Assembly (NCBI GenBank): GCA_051362555.1
Contig: CM120643.1
Coordinates: 11,258,644-11,322,643, forward strand
DNA length: 64,000 nucleotides
From: Lingula anatina
Lineage: Eukaryota > Animalia > Brachiopoda
Reading direction: 5' to 3'
Numbering within the stretch: the first letter of the stretch is position 1; every line of letters starts with the position of its first letter. The translations under genes were made by a program, and so were the position numbers. Below are positions 1-12,000 of this stretch, piece by piece. The notes beneath the pieces were generated by a model that worked only from the letters and a program-made list of their open reading frames with translations, was not told where the DNA came from and ran no database searches.

Positions 1-3000
1 TTTTTTTCTTTATTATAGTGTCAGGTAGGTGTGTTCGGTCATTTGTAGTAAGAATAAAGTGCTGGAAGAGTGGTGGTGTCAACATTAAGGAAGAAATAGA
101 GCAAAAACTCTGTCTCCCCCCCCCCCCCTCTCAGATTCTGTTCTCAGAGCTTATTTTTGGATCATCTTTAAAGCTAGAATTGGGGGCCTTGATGAAGTGA
201 CCCGGGCGCGTTTCCACATTTTTTATGAATGACAGGTGTGGTAGATTGATTTTCGTCACTTTTTGGAAAAATCGGAGACGGGTCGATTTTTGGTGATTTT
301 GAGTGATTTTGAACAGTGCCGGCACTGTGAGATTTCTTCAATTTTGGCCAGGTAGGGATGAAAATTTTTTTTCTTCATTATAGTGTCAGGTAGGTGTGTT
401 CGGTCATTTGTAGTAAGAATAAAGTGCTGGAAGAGTGGTGGTGTCAACATTAAGGAAGAAATAGAGCAAAAACTCTGTCTCCCCCCCCCCCCCCCCTCTC
501 AGATTCTGTTCTCAGAGCTTATTTTTGGATCATCTTTAAAGCTAGAATTGGGGGCCTTGATGAAGTGACCCGGGCGCGTTTCCACATTTTTTATGAATGA
601 CAGGTGTGGTAGATTGATTTTCGTCACTTTTTGGAAAAATCGGAGACGGGTCGATTTTTGTTGATTTTGAGTGATTTTGAACAGTGCCGGCACTGTGAGA
701 TTTCTTCAATTTTGGCCAGGTAGGGATGAAAATTTTTTTTCTTCATTATAGTGTCAGGTAGGTGTGTTCGGTCATTTGTAGTAAGAATAAAGTGCTGGAA
801 GAGTGGTGGTGTCAACATTAAGGAAGAAATAGAGCAAAAACTCTGTCTCCCCCCCCCCCCCCTCTCAGATTCTGTTCTCAGAGCTTATTTTTGGATCATC
901 TTTAAAGCTAGAATTGGGGGCCTTGATGAAGTGACCCGGGTGCGTTTCCACATTTTTTATGAATGACAGGTGTGGTAGATTGATTTTCGTCACTTTTTGG
1001 AAAAATCGGAGACGGGTCGATTTTTGGTGATTTTGAGTGATTTTGAACAGTGCCGGCACTGTGAGATTTCTTCAATTTTGGCCAGGTAGGGATGAAAATT
1101 TTTTTTCTTTATTATAGTGTCAGGTAGGTGTGTTCGGTCATTTGTAGTAAGAATAAAGTGCTGGAAGAGTGGTGGTGTCAACATTAAGGAAGAAATAGAG
1201 CAAAAACTCTGTCTCCCCCCCCCCCCCTCTCAGATTCTGTTCTCAGAGCTTATTTTTGGATCATCTTTAAAGCTAGAATTGGGGGCCTTGATGAAGTGAC
1301 CCGGGCGCGTTTCCACATTTTTTATGAATGACAGGTGTGGTTGATTGATTTTCGTCACTTTTTGGAAAAATCGGAGACGGGTCGATTTTTGGTGATTTTG
1401 AGTGATTTTGAACAGTGCCGGCACTGTGAGATTTCTTCAATTTTGGCCAGGTAGGGATGAAAATTTTTTTTCTTCATTATAGTGTCAGGTAGGTGTGTTC
1501 GGTCATTTGTAGTAAGAATAAAGTGCTGGAAGAGTGGTGGTGTCAACATTAAGGAAGAAATAGAGCAAAAACTCTGTCTCCCCCCCCCCCTCTCAGATTC
1601 TGTTCTCAGAGCTTATTTTTGGATCATCTTTAAAGCTAGAATTGGGGGCCTTGATGAAGTGACCCGGGCGCATTTCCACATTTTTTATGAATGACAGGTG
1701 TGGTAGATTGATTTTCGTCACTTTTTGGAAAAATCGGAGACGGGTCGATTTTTGGTGATTTTGAGTGATTTTGAACAGTGCCGGCACTGTGAGATTTCTT
1801 CAATTTTGGCCAGGTAGGGATGAAAATTTTTTTTCTTCATTATAGTGTCAGGTAGGTGTGTTCGGTCATTTGTAGTAAGAATAAAGTGCTGGAAGAGTGG
1901 TGGTGTCAACATTAAGGAAGAAATAGAGCAAAAACTCTGTCTCCCCCCCCCCTCTCAGATTCTGTTCTCAGAGCTTATTTTTGGATCATCTTTAAAGCTA
2001 GAATTGGGGGCCTTGATGAAGTGACCCGGGCGCGTTTCCACATTTTTTATGAATGACAGGTGTGGTACATTGATTTTCGTCACTTTTTGGAAAAATCGGA
2101 GACGGGTCGATTTTTGGTGATTTTGAACAGTGCCAGCACTGTGAGATTTCTTCAATTTTGGCCAGGTAGGGATGAAAATTTTTTTTCTTCATTATAGTGT
2201 CAGGTAGGTGTGTTCGGTCATTTGTAGTAAGAATAAAGTGCTGGAAGAGTGGTGGTGTCAACATTAAGGAAGAAATAGAGCAAAAACTCTGTCTCCCCCC
2301 CCTCTCAGATTCTGTTCTCAGAGCTTATTTTTGGATCATCTTTAAAGCTAGAATTGGGGGCCTTGATGAAGTGACCCGGGCGCGTTTCCACATTTTCTAT
2401 GAATGACAGGTGTGGTAGATTGATTTTCGTCACTTTTTGGAAAAATCGGAGACGGGTCGATTTTTGGTGATTTTGAGTGATTTTGAACATTGCCGGCTCT
2501 GTGAGATTTCTTCAATTTTGGCCAGGTAGGGATGAAAATTTTTTTTCTTCATTATAGTGTCAGGTAGGTGTGTTCGGTCATTTGTAGTAAGAATAAAGTG
2601 CTGGAAGAGTGGTGGTGTCAACATTTAGGAAGAAATAGAGCAAAAACTCTGTCTCCCCCCCCCCCTCTCAGATTCTGTTCTCAGAGCTTATTTTTGGATC
2701 ATCTTTAAAGCTAGAATTGGGGGCCTTGATGAAGTGACCCGGGCGCGTTTCCACATTTTTTATGAATGACAGGTGTGGTAGATTGATTTTCGTCACTTTT
2801 TGGAAAAATCAGAGACGGGTCGATTTTTGGTGATTTTGAGTGATTTTGAACAGTGCCGGCACTGTGAGATTTCTTCAATTTTGGCCAGGTAGGGATGAAA
2901 ATTTTTTTTCTTCATTATAGTGTCAGGTAGGTGTGTTCGGTCATTTGTAGTAAGAATAAAGTGCTGGAAGAGTGGTGGTGTCAACATTAAGGAAGAAATA

Positions 3001-6000
3001 GAGCAAAAACTCTGTCTCCCCACCCCCCCTCTCAGATTCTGTTCTCAGAGCTTATTTTTGGATCATCTTTAAAGCTAGAATTGGGGGCCTTGATGAAGTG
3101 ACCCGGGCGCGTTTCCACATTTTTTATGAATGACAGGTGTGGTAGATTGATTTTCGTCACTTTTTGGAAAAATCGGAGACGGGTCGATTTTTGGTGATTT
3201 TGAGTGATTTTGAACAGTGCCGGCACTGTGAGATTTCTTCAATTTTGGCCAGGTAGGGATGAAAATTTTTTTTCTTCATTATAGTGTCAGGTAGGTGTGT
3301 TCGGTCATTTGTAGTAAGAATAAAGTGCTGGAAGAGTGGTGGTGTCAACATTAAGGAAGAAAAAGAGCAAAAACTCTGTCTCCCCCCCCCCCCTCTCAGA
3401 TTCTGTTCTCAGAGCTTATTTTTGGATCATCTTTAAAACTAGAATTGGGGGCCTTGATGAAGTGACCCGTGCGCGTTTCCACATTTTTTATGAATGACAG
3501 GTGTGGTAGATTGATTTTCGTCACTTTTTGGAAAAATCGGAGACGGGTCGATTTTTGGTGATTTTGAGTGATTTTGAACAGTGCCGGCACTGTGAGATTT
3601 CTTCAATTTTGGCCAGGTAGGGATGAAAATTTTTTTTCTTCATTATAGTGTCAGGTAGGTGTGTTCGGTCATTTGTAGTAAGAATAAAGTGCTGGAAGAG
3701 TGGTGGTGTCAACATTAAGGAAGAAATAGAGCAAAAACTCTGTCTCCCCACCCCCCCTCTCAGATTCTGTTCTCAGAGCTTATTTTTGGATCATCTTTAA
3801 AGCTAGAATTGTGGGCCTTGATGAAGTGACCCGGGCGCGTTTCCACATTTTTTATGAATGACAGGTGTGGTAGATTGATTTTCGTCACTTTTTGGAAAAA
3901 TCGGAGACGGGTCAATTTTTGGTGATTTTGAGTGATTTTGAACAGTGCCGGCACTGTGAGATTTCTTCAATTTTGGCCAGGTAGGGATGAAAATTTTTTT
4001 TCTTCATTATAGTGTCAGGTAGGTGTGTTCGGTCATTTGTAGTAAGAATAAAGTGCTGGAAGAGTGGTGGTGTCAACATTAAGGAAGAAATAGAGCAAAA
4101 ACTCTGTCTCCCCCCCCCCCTCTCAGATTCTGTTCTCAGAGCTTATTTTTGGATCATCTTTAAAGCTAGAATTGGGGGCCTTGATGAAGTGACCCGGGCG
4201 CGTTTCCACATTTTTTATGAATGACAGGTGTGGTAGATTGATTTTCGTCACTTTTTGGAAAAATCGGAGACGGGTCGATTTTTGGTGATTTTGAGTGATT
4301 TTGAACAGTGCCGGCACTGTGAGATTTCTTCAATTTTGGCCAGGTAGGGATGAAAATTTTTTTTCTTCATTATAGTGTCAGGTAGGTGTGTTCGGTCATT
4401 TGTAGTAAGAATAAAGTGCTGGAAGAGTGGTGGTGTCAACATTAAGGAAGAAATAGAGCAAAAACTCTGTCTCCCCCCCCCCCCCCCCCTCTCAGATTCT
4501 GTTCTCAGAGCTTATTTTTGGATCATCTTTAAAGCTAGAATTGGGGGCCTTGATGAAGTGACCCGGGCCCGTTTCCACATTTTTCCACATTTTTTATGAA
4601 TGACAGGTGTGGTAGATTGATTTTCGTCACTTTTTGGAAAAATCGGAGACGGGTCAAATTTTGGTGATTTTGAGTGATTTTGAACAGTGCCGGCACTGTG
4701 AGATTTCTTCAATTTTGGCCAGGTAGGGATGAAAATTTTTTTTCTTCATTATAGTGTCAGGTAGGTGTGTTCGGTCATTTGTAGTAAGAATAAAGTGCTG
4801 GAAGAGTGGTGGTGTCAACATTAAGGAAGAAATAGAGCAGAAACTCTGTCTCCCCCCCCCCCCCTCTCAGATTCTGTTCTCAGAGCTTATTTTTGGATCA
4901 TCTTTAAAGCTAGAATTGGGGCCTTGATGAAGTGACCCGGGCGCGTTTCCACATTTTTTATGAATGACAGGTGTGGTAGATTGATTTTCGTCACTTTTTG
5001 GAAAAATCGGAGACGGGTCGATTTTGGTGATTTTGAGTGATTTTGAACAGTGCCGGCACTGTGAGATTTCTTCAATTTTGGCCAGGTAGGGATGAAATTT
5101 TTTTTTCTTCATTATAGTGTCAGGTAGGTGTGTTCGGTCATTTGTAGTAAGAATAAAGTGCTGGAAGAGTGGTGTGTCAAGATTAAGGAAGAAATAGAGC
5201 AAAAACTCTGTCTCCCACCCCCCCCCCCTCTCAGATTCTGTTCTCAGAGCTTATTTTTGGATCATCTTTAAAGCTAGAATTGGGGGCCTTGATGAAGTGA
5301 CCCGGGCGCGTTTCCACATTTTTTATGAATGACAGGTGTGGTAGATTGATTTTCGTCACTTTTTGGAAAAATCGGAGACGGGTCGATTTTTGGTGATTTT
5401 GAGTGATTTTGAACAGTGCCGGCACTGTGAGATTTCTTCAATTTTGGCCAGGTAGGGATGAAAATTTTTTTTCTTCATTATAGTGTCAGGTAGGTGTGTT
5501 CGGTCATTTGTAGTAAGAATAAAGTGCTGAAAGAGTGGTGGTGTCAACATTAAGGAAGAAATAGAGCAAAAACTCTGTCTCCCCCCCCCCCTCTCAGATT
5601 CTGTTCTCAGAGCTTATTTTTGGATCATCTTTAAAGCTAGAATTGGGGGCCTTGATGAAGTGACCCGGGCGCGTTTCCACATTTTTTATGAATGACAGGT
5701 GTGGTAGATTGATTTTCGTCACTTTTTGGAAAAATCGGAGACGGGTCGATTTTTGGTGATTTTGAGTGATTTTGAACAGTGCCGGCACTGTGAGATTTCT
5801 TCAATTTTGGCCAGGTAGGGATGAAAATTTTTTTTCTTCATTATAGTGTCAGGTAGGTGTGTTCGGTCATTTGTAGTAAGAATAAAGTGCTGGAAGAGTG
5901 GTGGTGTCAACATTAAGGAAGAAATAGAGCAAAAACTCTGTCTCCCCCCCCCTCTCAGATTCTGTTCTCAGAGCTTATTTTTGGATCATCTTTAAAGCTA

Positions 6001-9000
6001 GAATTGGGGGCCTTGATGAAGTGACCCGGGCGCGTTTCCACATTTTTTATGAATGACAGGTGTGGTAGATTGATTTTCGTCACTTTTTGGAAAAATCGGA
6101 GACGGGTCGATTTTTGGTGATTTTGAGTGATTTTGAACAGTGCCGGCACTGTGAGATTTCTTCAATTTTGGCCAGGTAGGGATGAAAATTTTTTTTCTTC
6201 ATTATAGTGTCAGGTAGGTGTGTTCGGTCATTTGTAGTAAGAATAAAGTGCTGGAAGAGTGGTGGTGTCAACATTAAGGAAGAAATAGAGCAAAAACTCT
6301 GTCTCCCCCCCCCCCTCTCAGATTCTGTTCTCAGAGCTTATTTTTGGATCATCTTTAAAGCTAAAATTGGGGGCCTTAATGAAGTGACCCGGGCGCGTTT
6401 CCACATTTTTTATGAATGACAGGTGTGGTAGATTGATTTTCGTCACTTTTTGGAAAAATCGGAGACGGGTCGATTTTTGGTGATTTTGAGTGATTTTGAA
6501 CAGTGCCGGCACTGTGAGATTTCTTCAATTTTGGCCAGGTAGGGATGAAAATTTTTTTTCTTCATTATAGTGTCAGGTAGGTGTGTTCGGTCATTTGTAG
6601 TAAGAATAAAGTGCTGGAAGAGTGGTGGTGTCAACATTAAGGAAGAAATAGAGCAAAAACTCTGTCTCCCCCCCCCCTCTCAGATTCTGTTCTCAGAGCT
6701 TATTTTTGGATCATCTTTAAAGCTAGAATTGGGGGCCTTGATGAAGTGACCCGGGCGCGTTTCCACATTTTTTATGAATGACAGGTGTGGTAGATTGATT
6801 TTCGTCACTTTTTGGAAAAATCGGAGACGGGTCGATTTTTGGTGATTTTGAGTGATTTTGAACAGTGCCGGCACTGTGAGATTTCTTCAATTTTGGCCAG
6901 GTAGGGATGAAAATTTTTTTTCTTCATTATAGTGTCAGGTAGGTGTGTTCGGTCATTTGTAGTAAGAATAAAATGCTGGAAGAGTGGTGGTGTCAACATT
7001 AAGGAAGAAATAGAGCAAAAACTCTGTCTCCCCCCCCCCCCCCTCTCAGATTCTGTTCTCAGAGCTTATTTTTGGATCATCTTTAAAGCTAGAATTGGGG
7101 GCCTTGATGAAGTGACCCGGGCGCGTTTCCACATTTTTTATGAATGACAGGTGTGGTAGATTGATTTTCGTCACTTTTTGGAAAAATCGGAGACGGGTCG
7201 ATTTTTGGTGATTTTGAGTGATTTTGAACAGTGCCGGCACTGTGAGATTTCTTCAATTTTGGCCAGGTAGGGATGAAAATTTTTTTTCTTCATTATAGTG
7301 TCAGGTAGGTGTGTTCGGTCATTTGTAGTAAGAATAAAGTGCTGGAAGAGTGGTGGTGTCAACATTAAGGAAGAAATAGAGCAAAAACTCTGTCTCCCCC
7401 CCCCCCCCTCTCAGATTCTGTTCTCAGAGCTTATTTTTGGATCATCTTTAAAGCTAAAATTGGGGGCCTTAATGAAGTGACCCGGGCGCGTTTCCACATT
7501 TTTTATGAATGACAGGTGTGGTAGATTGATTTTCGTCACTTTTTGGAAAAATCGGAGACAGGTCGATTTTTGGTGATTTTGAGTGATTTTGAACAGTGCC
7601 GGCACTGTGAGATTTCTTCAATTTTGGCCAGGTAGGGATGAAAATTTTTTTTCTTCATTATAGTGTCAGGTAGGTGTGTTCGGTCATTTGTAGTAAGAAT
7701 AAAGTGCTGGAAGAGTGGTGGTGTCAACATTAAGGAAGAAATAGAGCAAAAACTCTGTCTCCCCCCCCCCCCCCTCTCAGATTCTGTTCTCAGAGCTTAT
7801 TTTTGGATCATCTTTAAAGCTAGAATTGGGGGCCTTGATGAAGTGACCCGGGCGCGTTTCCACATTTTTTATGAATGACAGGTGTGGTAGATTGATTTTC
7901 GTCACTTTTTGGAAAAATCAGAGACGGGTCGATTTTTGGTGATTTTGAGTGATTTTGAACAGTGCCGGCACTGTGAGATTTCTTCAATTTTGGCCAGGTA
8001 GGGATGAAAATTTTTTTTCTTCATTATAGTGTCAGGTAGGTGTGTTCGGTCATTTGTAGTAAGAATAAAGTGCTGGAAGAGTGGTGGTGTCAACATTAAG
8101 GAAGAAATAGAGCAAAAACTCTGTCTCCCCCCCCCTCTCAGATTCTGTTCTCAGAGCTTATTTTTGGATCATCTTTAAAGCTAGAATTGGGGGCCTTGAT
8201 GAAGTGACCCGGGCGCGTTTCCACATTTTTTATGAATGACAGGTGTGGTAGATTGATTTTTGTCACTTTTTGGAAAAATCGGAGACAGGTCGATTTTTGG
8301 TGATTTTGAGTGATTTTGAACAGTGCCGGCACTGTGAGATTTCTTCAATTTTGGCCAGGTAGGGATGAAAATTTTTTTTCTTCATTATAGTGTCAGGTAG
8401 GTGTGTTCGGTCATTTGTAGTAAGAATAAAGTGCTGGAAGAGTGGTGGTGTCAACATTAAGGAAGAAATAGAGCAAAAACTCTGTCTCCCCCCCCCCCCC
8501 CTCTCAGATTCTGTTCTCAGAGCTTATTTTTGGATCATCTTTAAAGCTAGAATTGGGGGCCTTGATGAAGTGACCCGGGCGCGTTTCCACATTTTTTATG
8601 AATGACAGGTGTGGTAGATTGATTTTCGTCACTTTTTGGAAAAATCGGAGACGGGTCGATTTTTGGTGATTTTGAGTGATTTTGAACAGTGCCGGCACTG
8701 TGAGATTTCTTCAATTTTGGCCAGGTAGGGATGAAAATTTTTTTTCTTCATTATAGTGTCAGGTAGGTGTGTTCGGTCATTTGTAGTAAGAATAAAGTGC
8801 TGGAAGAGTGGTGGTGTCAACATTAAGGAAGAAATAGAGCAAAAACTCTGTCTCCCCCCCCCCCCCTCTCAGATTCTGTTCTCAGAGCTTATTTTTGGAT
8901 CATCTTTAAAGCTAGAATTGGGGGCCTTGATGAAGTGACCCGGGCGCGTTTCCACATTTTTTATGAATGACAGGTGTGGTAGATTGATTTTCGTCACTTT

Positions 9001-12000
9001 TTGGAAAAATCGGAGACGGGTCGATTTTTGGTGATTTTGAGTGATTTTGAACAGTGCCGGCACTGTGAGATTTCTTCAATTTTGGCCAGGTAGGGATGAA
9101 AATTTTTTTTCTTCATTATAGTGTCAGGTAGGTGTGTTCGGTCATTTGTAGTAAGAATAAAGTGCTGGAAGAGTGGTGGTGTCAACATTAAGGAAGAAAT
9201 AGAGCAAAAACTCTGTCTCCCCCCCCCCCTCTCAGATTCTGTTCTCAGAGCTTATTTTTGGATCATCTTTAAAGCTAAAATTGGGGGCCTTAATGAAGTG
9301 ACCCGGGCGCGTTTCCACATTTTTTATGAATGACAGGTGTGGTAGATTGATTTTCGTCACTTTTTGGAAAAATCGGAGACAGGTCGATTTTTGGTGATTT
9401 TGAGTGATTTTGAACAGTGCCGGCACTGTGAGATTTCTTCAATTTTGGCCAGGTAGGGATGAAAATTTTTTTTCTTCATTATAGTGTCAGGTAGGTGTGT
9501 TCGGTCATTTGTAGTAAGAATAAAGTGCTGGAAGAGTGGTGGTGTCAACATTAAGGAAGAAATAGAGCAAAAACTCTGTCTCCCCCCCCCCCCCCTCTCA
9601 GATTCTGTTCTCAGAGCTTATTTTTGGATCATCTTTAAAGCTAGAATTGGGGGCCTTGATGAAGTGACCCGGGCGCGTTTCCACATTTTTTATGAATGAC
9701 AGGTGTGGTAGATTGATTTTCGTCACTTTTTGGAAAAATCAGAGACGGGTCGATTTTTGGTGATTTTGAGTGATTTTGAACAGTGCCGGCACTGTGAGAT
9801 TTCTTCAATTTTGGCCAGGTAGGGATGAAAATTTTTTTTCTTCATTATAGTGTCAGGTAGGTGTGTTCGGTCATTTGTAGTAAGAATAAAGTGCTGGAAG
9901 AGTGGTGGTGTCAACATTAAGGAAGAAATAGAGCAAAAACTCTGTCTCCCCCCCCTCTCAGATTCTGTTCTCAGAGCTTATTTTTGGATCATCTTTAAAG
10001 CTAGAATTGGGGGCCTTGATGAAGTGACCCGGGCGCGTTTCCACATTTTTTATGAATGACAGGTGTGGTAGATTGATTTTTGTCACTTTTTGGAAAAATC
10101 GGAGACAGGTCGATTTTTGGTGATTTTGAGTGATTTTGAACAGTGCCGGCACTGTGAGATTTCTTCAATTTTGGCCAGGTAGGGATGAAAATTTTTTTTC
10201 TTCATTATAGTGTCAGGTAGGTGTGTTCGGTCATTTGTAGTAAGAATAAAGTGCTGGAAGAGTGGTGGTGTCAACATTAAGGAAGAAATAGAGCAAAAAC
10301 TCTGTCTCCCCCCCCCCCCTCTCAGATTCTGTTCTCAGAGCTTATTTTTGGATCATCTTTAAAGCTAGAATTGGGGGCCTTGATGAAGTGACCCGGGCGC
10401 GTTTCCACATTTTTTATGAATGACAGGTGTGGTAGATTGATTTTCGTCACTTTTTGGAAAAATCGGAGACGGGTCGATTTTTGGTGATTTTGAGTGATTT
10501 TGAACAGTGCCGGCACTGTGAGATTTCTTCAATTTTGGCCAGGTAGGGATGAAAATTTTTTTTCTTCATTATAGTGTCAGGTAGGTGTGTTCGGTCATTT
10601 GTAGTAAGAATAAAGTGCTGGAAGAGTGGTGGTGTCAACATTAAGGAAGAAATAGAGCAAAAACTCTGTCTCCCCCCCCCCCTCTCAGATTCTGTTCTCA
10701 GAGCTTATTTTTGGATCATCTTTAAAGCTAGAATTGGGGGCCTTGATGAAGTGACCCGGGCGCGTTTCCACATTTTTTATGAATGACAGGTGTGGTAGAT
10801 TGATTTTCGTCACTTTTTGGAAAAATCGGAGACGGGTCGATTTTTGGTGATTTTGAGTGATTTTGAACAGTGCCGGCACTGTGAGATTTCTTCAATTTTG
10901 GCCAGGTAGGGATGAAAATTTTTTTTCTTCATTATAGTGTCAGGTAGGTGTGTTCGGTCATTTGTAGTAAGAATAAAGTGCTGGAAGAGTGGTGGTGTCA
11001 ACATTAAGGAAGAAATAGAGCAAAAACTCTGTCTCCCCCCCCCCCCCCCCCCTCTCAGATTCTGTTCTCACAGCTTATTTTTGGATCATCTTTAAAGCTA
11101 GAATTGGGGGCCTTGATGAAGTGACCCGGGCGCGTTTCCACATTTTTTATGAATGACAGGTGTGGTAGATTGATTTTCGTCACTTTTTGGAAAAATCGGA
11201 GACGGGTCGATTTTTGGTGATTTTGATTGATTTTGAACAGTGCCGGCACTGTGAGATTTCTTCAATTTTGGCCAGGTAGGGATGAAAATTTTTTTTCTTC
11301 ATTATAGTGTCAGGTAGGTGTGTTCGGTCATTTGTAGTAAGAATAAAGTGCTGGAAGAGTGGTGGTGTCAACATTAAGGAAGAAATAGAGCAAAAACTCT
11401 GTCTCCCCCCCCCCTCTCAGATTCTGTTCCCAGAGCTTATTTTTGGATCATCTTTAAAGCTAGAATTGGGGGCCTTGATGAAGTGACCCGGGCGCGTTTC
11501 CACATTTTTTATGAATGACAGGTGTGGTAGATTGATTTTGAACTATTGAACTATTGAAAATTTTTTTTCTTCATTATAGTGTCAGGTAGGTGTGTTCGGT
11601 CATTTGTAGTAAGAATAAAGTGCTGGAAGAGTGGTGGTGTCAACATTAAGGAAGAAATAGAGCAAAAACTCTGTCTCCCCCCCCCCCTCTCAGATTCTGT
11701 TCTCAGAGCTTATTTTTGGATCATCTTTAAAGCTAGAATTGGGGGCCTTGATGAAGTGACCCGGGCGCGTTTCCACATTTTTTATGAATGACAGGTGTGG
11801 TAGATTGATTTTCGTCACTTTTTGGAAAAATCGGAGACGGGTCGATTTTTGGTGATTTTGATTGATTTTGAACAGTGCCGGCACTGTGAGATTTCTTCAA
11901 TTTTGGCCAGGTAGGGATGAAAATTTTTTTTCTTCATTATAGTGTCAGGTAGGTGTGTTCGGTCATTTGTAGTAAGAATAAAGTGCTGGAAGAGTGGTGG

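Noticed and set aside
251-283. CENP-B box-like motif (tttcgtcactttttggaaaaatcggagacggg)
   Set aside because: TTCG and CGGG are present but not at the required TTCG-N4-A-N2-CGGG spacing.
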